64,000 nt of DNA. Source: Candidatus Nanopelagicales bacterium. GTDB taxonomy: Bacteria > Actinomycetota > Actinomycetes > S36-B12 > UBA5976. The position numbers and the translations under genes are program-made. The notes under the pieces were generated by a model. It was not told the DNA's origin, ran no database searches, and saw only the letters and a program-made list of their open reading frames with translations. How positions within the stretch are numbered: the first letter of the stretch is position 1; each line of letters starts with the position of its first letter. Below are positions 1-10,533 of the stretch, one piece after another. The stretch covers positions 11,251 through 75,250 of the forward strand of contig JBIJDU010000002.1 of assembly GCA_044343935.1 (NCBI GenBank). Reading direction: 5' to 3'.

Positions 1-128
1 TTTATTGGAACACTTTGGAAGATCACACCATTGGATTTCGTGAGTCAGAGTTTTTCACTCAATGGCGTGGCTTAATTGGTCCGTTCTTTGCCGAAGCGCC
101 TGAAGTGACTCATTGGCAAGTTAACTAA
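1..128 (+). CDS. 3' end of an unidentified CDS, truncated by the window (last 41 codons, ...THWQVN*)
   Basis: The frame starting at nt 3 is open to the TAA at 126-128. The fragment has no recognisable motif. It overlaps the convergent stop of the next gene by 8 nt. Confidence 0.3.
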   Translation, partial: YWNTLEDHTIGFRESEFFTQWRGLIGPFFAEAPEVTHWQVN

Positions 129-1026
129 TTGCTCCAATTCGTTTTAGCCGAGTGATTGCAGCTTCTTCAATGGGTGATTCTGGCCCGATTGCTTTTGCTA
201 GAACAAATAAAAAAATTCGCATAATTGGACGAATCAACCCAAGTGGCATCGCCTTTAGTTTTAGTAATTCGCGATAAGGGTTTGGAATTGATGCCACCGC
301 CGCTTGATAAAGCAGTGCATATACAAATGATGCAACTTTAGGCAGCGGTGGATTTTGAATGAAGCTAATTACCTTTTCAGTGCTCTCCGATATCGCTAAT
401 TCATTTCTGGTGTAATAGTCCAGCAAAGTTTGATCTAATTCGGCCTTCGTCATGGGCGCATGTGATAGCCCAAGTCTAGTTACAGATTTTGCCCACTGAG
501 CGACATAGTTGTCAGCACCTCCTGGAATTGCTTCAGCACCATAAAGTTCGTGTGCCGTTAAAAATGAATTGGTAAACGCAATATGAACCCAAAGTAGTAA
601 ATCGGGATCTGCTGCCTGATAATTTCGATTTTCACCATTACCAGTAATGAAATTACCCATTACCCGTTGATGCATTCGATTAACCCGATTTGCTTCATCA
701 TCAATTGCTTGAATTGAGCCAAATGTTGTAACCGTTAACCAGCGTGTAGTTCCAGCTAATCGACCCAATGGATCAGTTTCATATCGGGAATGGTTAGCAA
801 CTCCAGCGAGTGTGCCGGGATGTAGGGCTTGCATTAACAGTGCTCTAATGCCACCAATTAACGTGGCCAAATCACCGTGCACCACCCAAGGCGCATCAGT
901 TGGCAAAAATAATCCGGCATCATCGCCAGCGGCGACTGCAGTTAACCATGGTGGCACGCCATCTGGGCTATTGGCGATAATCCTGCGAAATCGCTTTGCC
1001 ACATAACGCTGGACCAGATTACTCAT
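121..1026 (-). CDS. oxygenase MpaB-family (DUF2236) protein
   Basis: 301-aa ORF. The core 'IGGIRALLMQALHPGTLAGVANHSRYETDPLGRLAGTTRW' matches the pattern I recall for DUF2236/MpaB. Confidence 0.7.
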   Translation of the reverse strand: MSNLVQRYVAKRFRRIIANSPDGVPPWLTAVAAGDDAGLFLPTDAPWVVHGDLATLIGGIRALLMQALHPGTLAGVANHSRYETDPLGRLAGTTRWLTVTTFGSIQAIDDEANRVNRMHQRVMGNFITGNGENRNYQAADPDLLLWVHIAFTNSFLTAHELYGAEAIPGGADNYVAQWAKSVTRLGLSHAPMTKAELDQTLLDYYTRNELAISESTEKVISFIQNPPLPKVASFVYALLYQAAVASIPNPYRELLKLKAMPLGLIRPIMRIFLFVLAKAIGPESPIEEAAITRLKRIGAIS

Positions 1027-1103
1027 GCCGTTCTCAACCTTTTTTCAAAATACCAGAGATTCATATTACGGGTAAGATTCCCAGTGTTAGCTAGGAGGCA
1101 GTA

Positions 1104-1529
1104 ATGCAGTTGTGGATGTGGTTGGCAACAGCCGGCGGACTCTTGGTGGTCGAGATGCTGACAGTTGATCTGTTATTTGCATCGTTAGCATTTTCAGCTT
1201 TAATGGCAGCTGGTGCAAATGCACTTGGCTTTGATATGGCAACCCAAGGAATAGTTTTTGGCATTGCAGCGGCTTTATCACTGTTTATATTGCGCCCAAT
1301 CGCACTGCGACATTTAAAAAAGCGCCCAGCTGACTACGCCACAAATGTTGAAGCTTTGATTGGCGCGCCAGCGGTTGCGCTAACTCAAATTACTGACCTG
1401 ACCGGTCAAGTGAAATTAAGTGGTGAAATTTGGAGTGCAAGAAGTGAATCGGGCCTCATTAATCCAGAGGCTCGAGTCGAAGTTGTCGCTATTGAAGGCG
1501 CAACTGCTGTAGTTCGACAGAAGGGATAG
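1104..1529 (+). CDS. NfeD-family membrane protein
   Basis: 141 aa with N-terminal TM helices and a C-terminal OB-like soluble domain. An AGGAGG RBS sits at 1092-1097. It lies 4 nt upstream of an SPFH gene, the classic NfeD-SPFH operon. Confidence 0.75.
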   Translation: MQLWMWLATAGGLLVVEMLTVDLLFASLAFSALMAAGANALGFDMATQGIVFGIAAALSLFILRPIALRHLKKRPADYATNVEALIGAPAVALTQITDLTGQVKLSGEIWSARSESGLINPEARVEVVAIEGATAVVRQKG

Positions 1530-1533
1530 CAGC

Positions 1534-2403
1534 ATGTTCTCATGGTCTTTTGGCGTATTGGTATTACTGGTAGTTATCTTTGGCGTAGTCCTAACCAGGT
1601 CTATCCGGATCATTCCACAAGCCAGCGCTGGCATTGTGGAGCGATTGGGCCGATATCACCGCACACTAGGTGCTGGACTAACCATCATTATTCCGTTCAT
1701 TGATCGATTACGACCACTGATCGATCTTCGAGAACGAGTTGTCTCATTTCCACCCCAACCAGTAATTACCGAAGATAACTTAGTAGTTTCGATTGACACT
1801 GTGATTTATTTTCAGGTCACCGATCCCAAGTCAGCAACATATGAAATTGAGAACTTTATTCAAGGTATCGAGCAATTGACCGTAACTACGCTTCGTAACG
1901 TAGTAGGTGGATTAGATCTTGAAGCGGCCTTAACTTCTCGTGATTCAATTAACGCATCGCTTCGTGGTGTGCTTGATGAAGCAACTGGTAAATGGGGTGT
2001 GCGTGTCAATCGAGTTGAGTTGAAAGCAATTGATCCACCACCAAGTGTGCAGGAATCAATGGAGAAGCAGATGCGCGCTGAGCGTGATAAGCGTGCTGCA
2101 ATTCTTACCGCAGAGGGTGAAAAGCAAAGTCAGATCTTGACCGCAGAGGGTGCTCGCCAAGCTGAAATCCTTCGCGCCGAAGGTGATGCTCAAGCTGCAA
2201 TTCTTAGAGCAGATGGTGAAGCTGAAGCGATAAAGAAAGTATTTGACGCAGTACATGAAGCAAATCCAGATGAAAAAGTTTTGGCTTATCAATATCTCCA
2301 GCAGTTGCCTGAGATCGCAAATGGCCAAGCTAGCAAGATATGGGTAATTCCAGCTGAATTGAGTGGTGCTGCCGAACAGATCTTAAAAGCCTTTAAGAAG
2401 TAA
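1534..2403 (+). CDS. SPFH/band-7 (stomatin-like) protein
   Basis: 289 aa with an N-terminal TM anchor, an SPFH core ('IPQASAGIVERLGRY...VDTVIYFQV') and a coiled-coil AEG/ILRAEG repeat tail. Confidence 0.85.
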   Translation: MFSWSFGVLVLLVVIFGVVLTRSIRIIPQASAGIVERLGRYHRTLGAGLTIIIPFIDRLRPLIDLRERVVSFPPQPVITEDNLVVSIDTVIYFQVTDPKSATYEIENFIQGIEQLTVTTLRNVVGGLDLEAALTSRDSINASLRGVLDEATGKWGVRVNRVELKAIDPPPSVQESMEKQMRAERDKRAAILTAEGEKQSQILTAEGARQAEILRAEGDAQAAILRADGEAEAIKKVFDAVHEANPDEKVLAYQYLQQLPEIANGQASKIWVIPAELSGAAEQILKAFKK

Positions 2404-2410
2404 ATTCTTA

Positions 2411-3364
2411 ATGAGCAATCTGGCCAACCAGCCGGAGTTTGAGGCGGGCCAGCATGATGCTGTTAAAAGCATTGTGCTGGAACCGCGCAAAGTTGAGTTA
2501 ACGCCAAGGTCTGGTATTGAAATTCAACGAGTATTACCGCACCGTGAGGTTAGAACTATTGGCGCATGGTGTTTTGTAGATCTTTTTGGTCCTACCAGCC
2601 AGGAGCATGCGATGCAGGTTGCAGCTCATCCCCATACCGGATTGCAAACAGTCACTTGGCTTTTTAGTGGTGAAGTAGAGCACCGAGATTCCATTGGAAG
2701 TATTCAGACTATAAATCCTGGTGAACTTAATATTATGACTGCGGGTGCAGGAATTTCTCACTCTGAACTTTCGATAGATAGTAAAACTGCTTTGCATGGT
2801 GTTCAGCTTTGGGTTGTTATGCCTAATGAAGTAAGAAGTATCGAACCAAAATTTAATCACTATAAAGATCTTCCAATTATTGAAACTGAACACACAATAC
2901 TTAAAGTTTTTATTGGCGAATTAGAAAGTGCTGCCGCAACTACGCGAACTTATTCACCTTTAGTAGGTGTCGAGATTAGATTCAATCAAAGTGGTACTTC
3001 ATCAATCAAATTGCGTCAGAATTTTGAATATGGCGTGTTGTTGGTTTCCGGCACTGCGACTATTTCAGGTGCTGAAATTGAACCTGGTTCGATGATCTAT
3101 TTGGAGTCAGGCAGGTCGGACCTTTCAATAACTGCTGCCAAAAATTCGCTACTGATTCTGCTTGGTGGTGAACCATTTACTGAGTCAATCATTATGTGGT
3201 GGAATTTCATTGGTCGCAGTCACGATGAGATAGTAAAAATGCGTGAGGATTGGGAAACGCAACAAATTAGATTTGGCTCATTTCAAGACAACCTTGGTGG
3301 CAGGATTCCAGCTCCTCCCATGCCTGCTTTGAAACTTACCGCAAGATCAAGCAATCTGAAATAG
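2411..3364 (+). CDS. pirin-family protein
   Basis: 317 aa with the cupin metal-ligand motif 'HPHTGLQTVTWL...EHRDS' typical of pirins. Confidence 0.85.
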   Translation: MSNLANQPEFEAGQHDAVKSIVLEPRKVELTPRSGIEIQRVLPHREVRTIGAWCFVDLFGPTSQEHAMQVAAHPHTGLQTVTWLFSGEVEHRDSIGSIQTINPGELNIMTAGAGISHSELSIDSKTALHGVQLWVVMPNEVRSIEPKFNHYKDLPIIETEHTILKVFIGELESAAATTRTYSPLVGVEIRFNQSGTSSIKLRQNFEYGVLLVSGTATISGAEIEPGSMIYLESGRSDLSITAAKNSLLILLGGEPFTESIIMWWNFIGRSHDEIVKMREDWETQQIRFGSFQDNLGGRIPAPPMPALKLTARSSNLK

Positions 3365-3373
3365 CTCCGAAAT

Positions 3374-4867
3374 TTAATTCTGGGGGAATCCCAGATTAAT
3401 ACCACCATGACTTGGATCAAGCCAACGACTAGTAATTGCTTTTGCTCTGGTAAAGAAGTGAACCCCTTCAACGCCATGTGCTTTAGTATCACCAAACATT
3501 GATTGCTTCCATCCACCAAATGAGTGATAGGCGACTGGTACTGGAATAGGAACGTTGATTCCAATCATGCCCACTTCAATTTCATACTGGAATCTACGAG
3601 CAGCACCACCATCGTTTGTAAAGATAGCAGTGCCATTACCAAATGCTCCAGAGTTGATAAGAGACACGCCTTCTTCATAACTTCTCACCCGAACAATCGA
3701 TAGAACAGGCCCAAATATCTCTTCGGTGTAAACCTTGGAAGAGGTAGGAACTTCATCAATCAAAGTTGGTCCCAACCAAAAGCCATTCTGATCTCCGTCT
3801 GGATTAACATCTCGACCATCAACAACAACTTTGGCACCATCTTTTATTGCAATATCAATGTATCCGGCAACTTTGTCGCGGTGTTCGCGAGTTACAAGCG
3901 GACCCATATCGCAGGCGCGGTGGCCATCACCGACCTTCAACCCCTGCATTCGTTCAGTTATCTTCGAAATCAATTGATCAGCAATAGGTTCGACCGCAAC
4001 TACAACGGAGATGGCCATACAACGCTCACCGGCAGAACCAAAGCCAGCATTAACAGCGCTGTCGGCTACTAGATCCAAATCTGCATCCGGCAGCACCAGC
4101 ATATGGTTCTTAGCGCCTCCTAAGGCTTGCACTCGCTTGCCATGTCTGCTGGCATTTTCATAAATGTATTTAGCGATTGGAGTTGACCCCACAAAAGAAA
4201 TTGATTGCACAATTGGGCTTTCCAGTAAACCATCAACTGCTTCTTTATCGCCATTTAATACGTTATAAACGCCATCTGGTAAACCTGCCTCTTGCCACAA
4301 TTTAGCTATCCAAAGCGATGCAGTTGGATCCTTCTCAGATGGCTTGACTACAACTGTGTTACCAGCAGCAATCGCGATTGGATAAAACCACATTGGCACC
4401 ATGGCTGGAAAATTAAATGGCGAGATAATGCCAACTACTCCGAGTGGTTGTCTAAGGGAGTAAACGTCAATTCCGGTTGATGCATTCTCGCTGTAAAAAC
4501 CCTTCAATAGTTCCGGAATGCCAACAGCAAATTCCACAACTTCTTGACCACGAGTAATTTCACCGAGCGCATCTGAAATCACCTTGCCATGTTCACTGGT
4601 AATGATTTCAGCAAGTTCATGCTTTCTGGAATTTAGTAACTCACGAAAATTGAAAATAACTTGCTGGCGCTTTGCTAGAGAAGTATCGCGCCAACCAGGA
4701 AAAGCTGCTGCTGCTGCCTTAGTTGCAGCTTCGATGTCAGATTTATTAGCTAACAATACGGACTTAGTAACCTGGCCGGTCGCTGGGTTGTAAACGGGTG
4801 CAGTTCGCTTACTTTCGCCAAGAAATTCTGTTCCAGAAATCCAATGCGGAACCAATTCAGTTGACAT
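3374..4867 (-). CDS. mmsA: CoA-acylating methylmalonate-semialdehyde dehydrogenase
   Basis: ALDH fold with the catalytic Cys in 'GERCMA' and 'LGGAKNH' in place of the usual ELGGK, an MMSDH hallmark. The start is trimmed to the ATG at 4867, preceded by GGGAG. The ORF itself extends to 4912. Confidence 0.85.
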   Translation of the reverse strand: MSTELVPHWISGTEFLGESKRTAPVYNPATGQVTKSVLLANKSDIEAATKAAAAAFPGWRDTSLAKRQQVIFNFRELLNSRKHELAEIITSEHGKVISDALGEITRGQEVVEFAVGIPELLKGFYSENASTGIDVYSLRQPLGVVGIISPFNFPAMVPMWFYPIAIAAGNTVVVKPSEKDPTASLWIAKLWQEAGLPDGVYNVLNGDKEAVDGLLESPIVQSISFVGSTPIAKYIYENASRHGKRVQALGGAKNHMLVLPDADLDLVADSAVNAGFGSAGERCMAISVVVAVEPIADQLISKITERMQGLKVGDGHRACDMGPLVTREHRDKVAGYIDIAIKDGAKVVVDGRDVNPDGDQNGFWLGPTLIDEVPTSSKVYTEEIFGPVLSIVRVRSYEEGVSLINSGAFGNGTAIFTNDGGAARRFQYEIEVGMIGINVPIPVPVAYHSFGGWKQSMFGDTKAHGVEGVHFFTRAKAITSRWLDPSHGGINLGFPQN

Positions 4868-4954
4868 ATTAACTCCCTGATTATTTCTGAGAATCTTATC
4901 TGGGATAAGCAACTAACGGAATAAACCCTTGGTTAGTTTGGCTAGCCAGCGCGG

Positions 4955-6268
4955 TTATTTCATGGTGCGTTTGAGAAATTCGACAGTTCGCTCCATGGAT
5001 AACGTCCAATCACGATAAAAGGCGTGGTATTCACCCACATACTCAATCAATGTCACATCTTTACCTTTTGCTTCAAGTTCGGCAGCAGCCCTTCTGGACC
5101 AATCGATTTCGCAACTGTCATCCAAAGTGCCATGATGGATGAGCACGGGCTCGGCGACTTGGTCAAAATAATTCAGTGCTGAAATTCCAGCCCAGAATTC
5201 TGGATTATCTTCGGGCAGGCCATAGGTATCGGAGACTTCTTGGGCAAAGTCAGCAGCAACTCGACCCCAGCGATTGAAGTTATCGGCATAGTCAGCGCTA
5301 GTTGGCGCGTACAGCACATAAGTGTTGAATACATAAGGAAAAGCAACCATGGCTTGGTAGCCAATGCCACCACCCATGGATCTACCCAGATAACCAATCC
5401 TGGCGTCATCTAGTTGAGGAAGATCTGATCCACGTAGTGCAAGCGCTGCATTGACAATGTCTAATACATAACCTTGCCGAAATTTAATATTGTTTTCGGG
5501 ATCATCATCGCTGCTGGCATGATTGCGATAATCAGTATGCAGCACGATATAGCCATTCTTTGCTAAATAATCTTGTTCCCGGGCTAAGCCGCGACCAGAA
5601 GTGTAAATTCTAGGATCGATGTAACCATGACCAAGTACTAACGCGGGGAATGGACCATCACCGTTTGGGATATTCATAACACCGCTAATGGTTAGCTCGC
5701 CACTCTTATAGGTAACGGCATATCGTTTATAGCTGCTATTTGACGAAATCTGTCGCACCAGCTTTAGGTTACGACCATCTAACTCAGTTTTCATCAGCGA
5801 TTTGATTGATACTGGATGTGGTTTTGGTAGTAATTCAACTGAACCGATAAATTCATTATTTGCCAAATTCAACTTAAGCACTGCTTCGTCACCATCAAAA
5901 CCATTTCCCAGTAATCCAGTTAGTTCCCAACCAGTGTCAGTTACGGTGAATCTGGATTCGTTACCGATCCAGAAACTTTCGGACTCGGTAAGCACTTCAA
6001 CACCAGCTGAAGCCTGCTTAGTGATTGCTAACACTGTTATCGGGCCATATTCACTGTCTGGATAACCACATGCACTGGCGGTCACTGCACCTAATTGGGT
6101 GCGCGACTTGGTTATTAGATATCGCTTGACCTCAGGGTCTGTTTCCGAACATGGCAGCGCCATAGTTTGTGCCGCTAAGACCTCATAAGGGGTTTTCGGC
6201 TCAGCCACATTACTACCACAACCAGCCAGCAGTAATGCTGTTGCGATAACAAATCCAAATGTACGCAC
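4955..6268 (-). CDS. secreted lipoprotein, prolyl-oligopeptidase (S9)/alpha-beta hydrolase family
   Basis: Has the nucleophile elbow 'GRSMGGG' and C-terminal Asp/His ('HGTLDD', 'GEYHAF'). The lipobox 'LLLAGC' follows a candidate GTG start at 6268. The longer ORF to 6352 would overlap the upstream gene. Confidence 0.7.
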   Translation of the reverse strand: MRTFGFVIATALLLAGCGSNVAEPKTPYEVLAAQTMALPCSETDPEVKRYLITKSRTQLGAVTASACGYPDSEYGPITVLAITKQASAGVEVLTESESFWIGNESRFTVTDTGWELTGLLGNGFDGDEAVLKLNLANNEFIGSVELLPKPHPVSIKSLMKTELDGRNLKLVRQISSNSSYKRYAVTYKSGELTISGVMNIPNGDGPFPALVLGHGYIDPRIYTSGRGLAREQDYLAKNGYIVLHTDYRNHASSDDDPENNIKFRQGYVLDIVNAALALRGSDLPQLDDARIGYLGRSMGGGIGYQAMVAFPYVFNTYVLYAPTSADYADNFNRWGRVAADFAQEVSDTYGLPEDNPEFWAGISALNYFDQVAEPVLIHHGTLDDSCEIDWSRRAAAELEAKGKDVTLIEYVGEYHAFYRDWTLSMERTVEFLKRTMK

Positions 6269-6291
6269 ACTGGCTATGGTAGCCGAATTTA

Positions 6292-6753
6292 CTAAGAGCG
6301 AAATTTGGCAAGTATTCGACGGCCGCGTAAGTACATCTCGCACCCTAAGCAAAAGGCAAATGCCGCATTTAGGAAAGCCGCAATCAGGGCGCCAGCAATA
6401 GCGATCGTAAATAGCAGTTCAACATTAGTTGCCAACCCAATAAACCCAACTAAAGCAAAGACAAATCCCACCAGTTGAGCAAATTGTGGCGGTCGACTAT
6501 CTTCAGTTATCAGTGGTGATTTGAGTCTGGGCTTAACAAACTTTCGGTAGATAACGGCATAAGGTGAATGTTGTGGACCGATGAAGCCACCGATAGCAAA
6601 TACTGCTGTTTGTACTGCTAGCAACTCGATTGATTGAGTTAATAGCACAATGGCTAAAACAATGGTTGTTATGGCAGCGCCAAATCTTGGCCCACGAGCA
6701 TCGATCTCTTGATGAGCGAATTTTGATGACTCTTGTGAAATATTCGTTGACAT
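6292..6753 (-). CDS. DUF4395-like integral membrane protein
   Basis: About 153 aa with 4 TM segments. The ATG at 6753 is preceded by GGAGG. A thioredoxin gene lies upstream, which is a recurrent pairing. The family assignment is from memory. Confidence 0.55.
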   Translation of the reverse strand: MSTNISQESSKFAHQEIDARGPRFGAAITTIVLAIVLLTQSIELLAVQTAVFAIGGFIGPQHSPYAVIYRKFVKPRLKSPLITEDSRPPQFAQLVGFVFALVGFIGLATNVELLFTIAIAGALIAAFLNAAFAFCLGCEMYLRGRRILAKFRS

Positions 6754-6768
6754 GATTTTCCTCCAGTA

Positions 6769-6800
6769 GTTGTTAGTTAGACCAGGCAAGTACTAACAAC
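6769..6800. repeat. inverted repeat (9-bp arms GTTGTTAGT / ACTAACAAC, 14-nt loop) in the 5' leader of the DUF4395 gene
   Basis: Read directly from the sequence. On the minus strand it ends 3 nt before the GGAGG RBS (6762-6766). A second pair, ACAATGTT (6801-6808) / AACATTGT (6856-6863), lies immediately upstream of it on the minus strand. Confidence 0.5.
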
Positions 6801-6926
6801 ACAATGTTCCAGCAAGCCGGCAAAATACAATTTCGCGGCGCTGAGTAAAGGTTCTAACATTGTTGGAAATCATGGCCGGAATATAGACGAGGTTTTTTAA
6901 AAAGGCTAATTGCAAATTAGTTGCAT

Positions 6927-7337
6927 TTATCTAATTGCATTTAAGGTTGCGATTACATCTGATTTTCGTGGTGCTCCAACAGCTCTTGAGATTTCAATTC
7001 CATCACTATTAAGGACCAGAGTGGTTGGTGTCGATTTCACATTCAGTTCTCGGACTAGATCTAGATTCGATTCCGCATCAATTTCAACATGTTTGATGCC
7101 TGGATACTCTGTGATTACTTGACTTAACAGCGTTCGGGTAGCGCGACATGGCGTGCAAAACGCACTGGAAAATTGCAGTAAGGTGGCCCGATCCCCTAAT
7201 TCAGCGTCAATTCGTGATGCAACACTTTGTTGCGAAGAGTTTGCTACAGTTTTAATTAGACCTCGACTGCGTTGATACAAAAAGCCAAAGAGGCTTGCTG
7301 CTAAAAATAAGGTGATTACCAAGGCGAGGGAATCCAT
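6927..7337 (-). CDS. membrane-anchored thioredoxin-fold protein
   Basis: 136 aa with an N-terminal TM helix and the 'FCTPC' CxxC redox motif in a thioredoxin-like domain. Confidence 0.7.
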   Translation of the reverse strand: MDSLALVITLFLAASLFGFLYQRSRGLIKTVANSSQQSVASRIDAELGDRATLLQFSSAFCTPCRATRTLLSQVITEYPGIKHVEIDAESNLDLVRELNVKSTPTTLVLNSDGIEISRAVGAPRKSDVIATLNAIR

Positions 7338-7377
7338 GGGGAGAGTTTCTCACACTTCAAAAAATCTGCAGCAAGTG

Positions 7378-8568
7378 CTAGGCATCAAGTTTGCTACGAA
7401 ACAACTTAATCATGATGGAACCTGTTAGTGCAGTAATTAAGACATAGGTCATCACAATCGGTAGAAGTTGGTCCGCAAATGAGGCACTCAGCGCAAGTCC
7501 AGCGATCACAATTGAGAATTCGCCGCGCGGCGTTAGAAAGGCACCAATGCGAAGCCAGCTCATTGGATCAGACATACCTACCGCCATGCGTTTAGCCAAA
7601 ATAAATTTCCCAGCAATACCAAGTCCAGCAAGTAACAGCGCAATTGGAAATACTGTAATGATGTCTGCTGGATTAGTAATTAATCCAAAAAACAAAAAGA
7701 ATAATGCCGAGAAAAAATCTCGGAGTGGAGAAAGCCGAGCACGAGCTACGGCAGCGACATCACCTGAAAGTAATAGTCCAACTAAGAAGGCTGCAATTGC
7801 ACCAGAGACTCCAGCTATTTCGGCTAATCCAGCAAATAGAAGCGCTGCCCCAAATACGGTAAGTAATAAGCCGGTTGCATTTTGCGTGTTTAAAAAATTA
7901 GATAGAAAATGTTCACGCTTGATACTTAACAGCAATACTAATCCAATAACAACTAATGCAACTGAAACTGAAATCACGCCAACCAAAACGCCGGCTGCTG
8001 AAACAACTGCGCTAGCAATTGGCAAATAAGGCGCGAGCGCTAAATCTTCAAAGACCAAAACACCAACAACGCGCCTTGCGGTTTCAGATCTTCGAAAGCC
8101 AGATTCGCGAATTAACTGTGCAGCAATTCCAGAGCTAGAAACATAAGTGATTCCACCCAACACAATTGCACCAACAACACCCCAATCGAGCACCAAAGCG
8201 ACAACTGCACCAGGCACGGCATTTAGTAATAAGTCATAAACTCCATTACGCCAATCCAACTTTAGCGAGTCAGCGATCTCTCGAGCTGAATATTCCAATC
8301 CGAGCAAAAGCAACAGCAGAATTGCACCAATCTGCGCTCCAATGAGCAGAAAGTCTTCACTTAATCCAACTCCAACAAGGCCACCATCGCCAAAGGCAAG
8401 TCCCATACCAATAAAGAATGGCACCACAGATAATCGATTTTTGGTAGCAACGAATGCCAAGATGCCAAGCAATAATAAAATTCCACCCATTTCAGCCAGA
8501 ATGAGTGGGTCAAACCCCACTGGATTCGCGTGTGGAATTTGAGCTAACCGAGTTGCAATATCTGGCAT
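7378..8568 (-). CDS. cation:proton antiporter (CPA2/Kef-like, no RCK domain)
   Basis: 396 aa, polytopic and Gly/Ala/Leu-rich, with Na+/H+-exchanger-type organisation. Confidence 0.7.
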   Translation of the reverse strand: MPDIATRLAQIPHANPVGFDPLILAEMGGILLLLGILAFVATKNRLSVVPFFIGMGLAFGDGGLVGVGLSEDFLLIGAQIGAILLLLLLGLEYSAREIADSLKLDWRNGVYDLLLNAVPGAVVALVLDWGVVGAIVLGGITYVSSSGIAAQLIRESGFRRSETARRVVGVLVFEDLALAPYLPIASAVVSAAGVLVGVISVSVALVVIGLVLLLSIKREHFLSNFLNTQNATGLLLTVFGAALLFAGLAEIAGVSGAIAAFLVGLLLSGDVAAVARARLSPLRDFFSALFFLFFGLITNPADIITVFPIALLLAGLGIAGKFILAKRMAVGMSDPMSWLRIGAFLTPRGEFSIVIAGLALSASFADQLLPIVMTYVLITALTGSIMIKLFRSKLDA

Positions 8569-8593
8569 ATCGGTAGTTTACGACAGCACAGAG

Positions 8594-10477
8594 TTACGAG
8601 TTTGCTCGCTTCGCTTTGTTAGCAGCACGAGCACGATCATTCTGGTCCAGCATCACTTTTCGAATTCGCACCATGGCTGGTGTGACCTCGACGCACTCAT
8701 CCTCTCGGCAGAACTCGAGCGCCTGCTCCATGTTTAATCGCTTTGGTGGGATAAGCCGTTCGGCATCATCGGAGCCCGAAGCACGCATATTTGTTAACTT
8801 CTTTTCCCTTACTGCGTTAACATCCATGTCATCAGCTCGTGCATTCTCGCCAACGATCATGCCCTCATAAACTTCCATACCCGGTTCCACAAATATGGTG
8901 CCACGTTCCTGAAGCGAAAAGATTGCATAAGATGTAACAGCGCCACGACGATCAGAGACCAATGAACCAGTTGGTCGGAATTTGATCTCACCATGCCATG
9001 GCTCATAGCCATCAAATACGTGGTGCAACAGGCCAGTGCCACGGGTTTCAGTTAGAAACTCAGTTCTAAATCCAATTAAGCCTCGAGATGGCACTCGGTA
9101 ATCCATCCGCATCCAACCTGAACCATGGTTAACCATTTGCTCCATTCGGCCTTTACGAAGCGCCATCAATTGCGTTATAACACCCAAATACTCTTCTGGT
9201 GCATCAATGGTCAAGCGCTCCATCGGTTCATTTAGTTTGCCATCAACCATTTTGGTAACAACTTGAGGTTTACCAACAGTTAATTCAAATCCTTCGCGGC
9301 GCATCATCTCAACAAGTACCGCAAGTTGTAGTTCGCCTCGTCCTTGAACTTCCCAAGTATCAGATCGATCGGTATTTAATACTCGTAGCGACACATTTCC
9401 GATGAGCTCTGCATCAAGTCGATTTTTTACTAAACGTGCAGTCAATTTCGTACCAGATTGACCAGCAAGTGGAGATGAATTAACACCAATTGTCATCGAG
9501 ATACTTGGTTCATCAACCGTGATTAGCGGAAGGGCAACTGGATTTTCGGCATCTGCCAAAGTTTCACCAAGCGTGATGTCTTCAATGCCAGCCACCGCAA
9601 TGATGTCGCCTGGTCCTGCACTTTCAGCTGGCACGCGCTCAAGTGCGTCATTCATTAATAATTCAGCAATTCGAACTCGGCTCACTGTTCCATCAGCTTT
9701 AATCCAAGCAACACTTTGGCCACGCTTAATCTCACCTTCGCGAACTCGACAAATTGCAAGTCTGCCCAGATATGGCGATGAGTCCAAGTTAGTTACGTGT
9801 GCTTGCAGTGGTGCGCCTTCATGATATTTAGGTGCTGGAATTGTGCTGAAAATAGTTTCAAACAGCACATCAAGATTTTCTTGGTCTGGCATGCCGCCAT
9901 CAGTTGGGCGATTAATTGAGGCTTTGCCAGCTTTAGCTGATGCGTAAATGATTGGAAACTCAATTTGTTCCTCTGATGCGTCAAGATCCAAGAAAAGTTC
10001 GTAAGCTTCATCAACTACTTCTTTAATACGGGCGTCAGGTCGATCCACCTTGTTAATGACCAAAATAACAGGAAGTTCTTTCTGTAACGCTTTTCTAAGT
10101 ACGAATCTGGTTTGGGGTAGTGGACCTTCAGAAGCATCTACTAACAGCAATACTCCATCTACCATCTCAAGTCCACGCTCAACTTCACCACCGAAGTCGG
10201 CGTGCCCTGGGGTATCAATAATGTTGACAATGCGATCACCGCGCTTAACAGCAGTGTTTTTCGCCAAAATAGTAATTCCTTTTTCCCGCTCTAAATCATT
10301 GGAATCCATGATTCGATCTTGGCCTTCAGCCTGATCCTTGTGAGCGGCAAATGCGCCTGATTGCCAGAGCATGGCATCAACTAATGTGGTTTTGCCATGG
10401 TCAACGTGCGCAATGATTGCGATGTTTCTTAATTCGTCTCGAGACTTAACTGGCAAATGATCTAGGTGTTTACTCAT
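8594..10477 (-). CDS. typA: translational GTPase TypA/BipA
   Basis: G motifs 'AHVDHGKTT', 'DTPGHADF' and 'NKVD', with a 627-aa EF-G-like architecture. Confidence 0.95.
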   Translation of the reverse strand: MSKHLDHLPVKSRDELRNIAIIAHVDHGKTTLVDAMLWQSGAFAAHKDQAEGQDRIMDSNDLEREKGITILAKNTAVKRGDRIVNIIDTPGHADFGGEVERGLEMVDGVLLLVDASEGPLPQTRFVLRKALQKELPVILVINKVDRPDARIKEVVDEAYELFLDLDASEEQIEFPIIYASAKAGKASINRPTDGGMPDQENLDVLFETIFSTIPAPKYHEGAPLQAHVTNLDSSPYLGRLAICRVREGEIKRGQSVAWIKADGTVSRVRIAELLMNDALERVPAESAGPGDIIAVAGIEDITLGETLADAENPVALPLITVDEPSISMTIGVNSSPLAGQSGTKLTARLVKNRLDAELIGNVSLRVLNTDRSDTWEVQGRGELQLAVLVEMMRREGFELTVGKPQVVTKMVDGKLNEPMERLTIDAPEEYLGVITQLMALRKGRMEQMVNHGSGWMRMDYRVPSRGLIGFRTEFLTETRGTGLLHHVFDGYEPWHGEIKFRPTGSLVSDRRGAVTSYAIFSLQERGTIFVEPGMEVYEGMIVGENARADDMDVNAVREKKLTNMRASGSDDAERLIPPKRLNMEQALEFCREDECVEVTPAMVRIRKVMLDQNDRARAANKAKRANS

Positions 10478-10533
10478 AATTTAGGCAGCATCGCTGCCAG
10501 CCCTTCTAACGTGGTTGGATTTAGGGGGCGAGC

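Noticed and set aside
3374-4912. N-terminal extensions of maximal ORFs: mmsA to 4912, hppA to 15802, tilS from 15843, menE to 44295, menB from 44042, resA from 38305, resB from 39580, the peptidase to 6352, the DUF4395 gene to 6789, and the membrane protein to 11058.
   Set aside because: Internal starts with good Shine-Dalgarno sequences give N-termini or signal peptides that match family expectations. They also remove implausible overlaps with neighbouring genes. The extensions have no conserved character.
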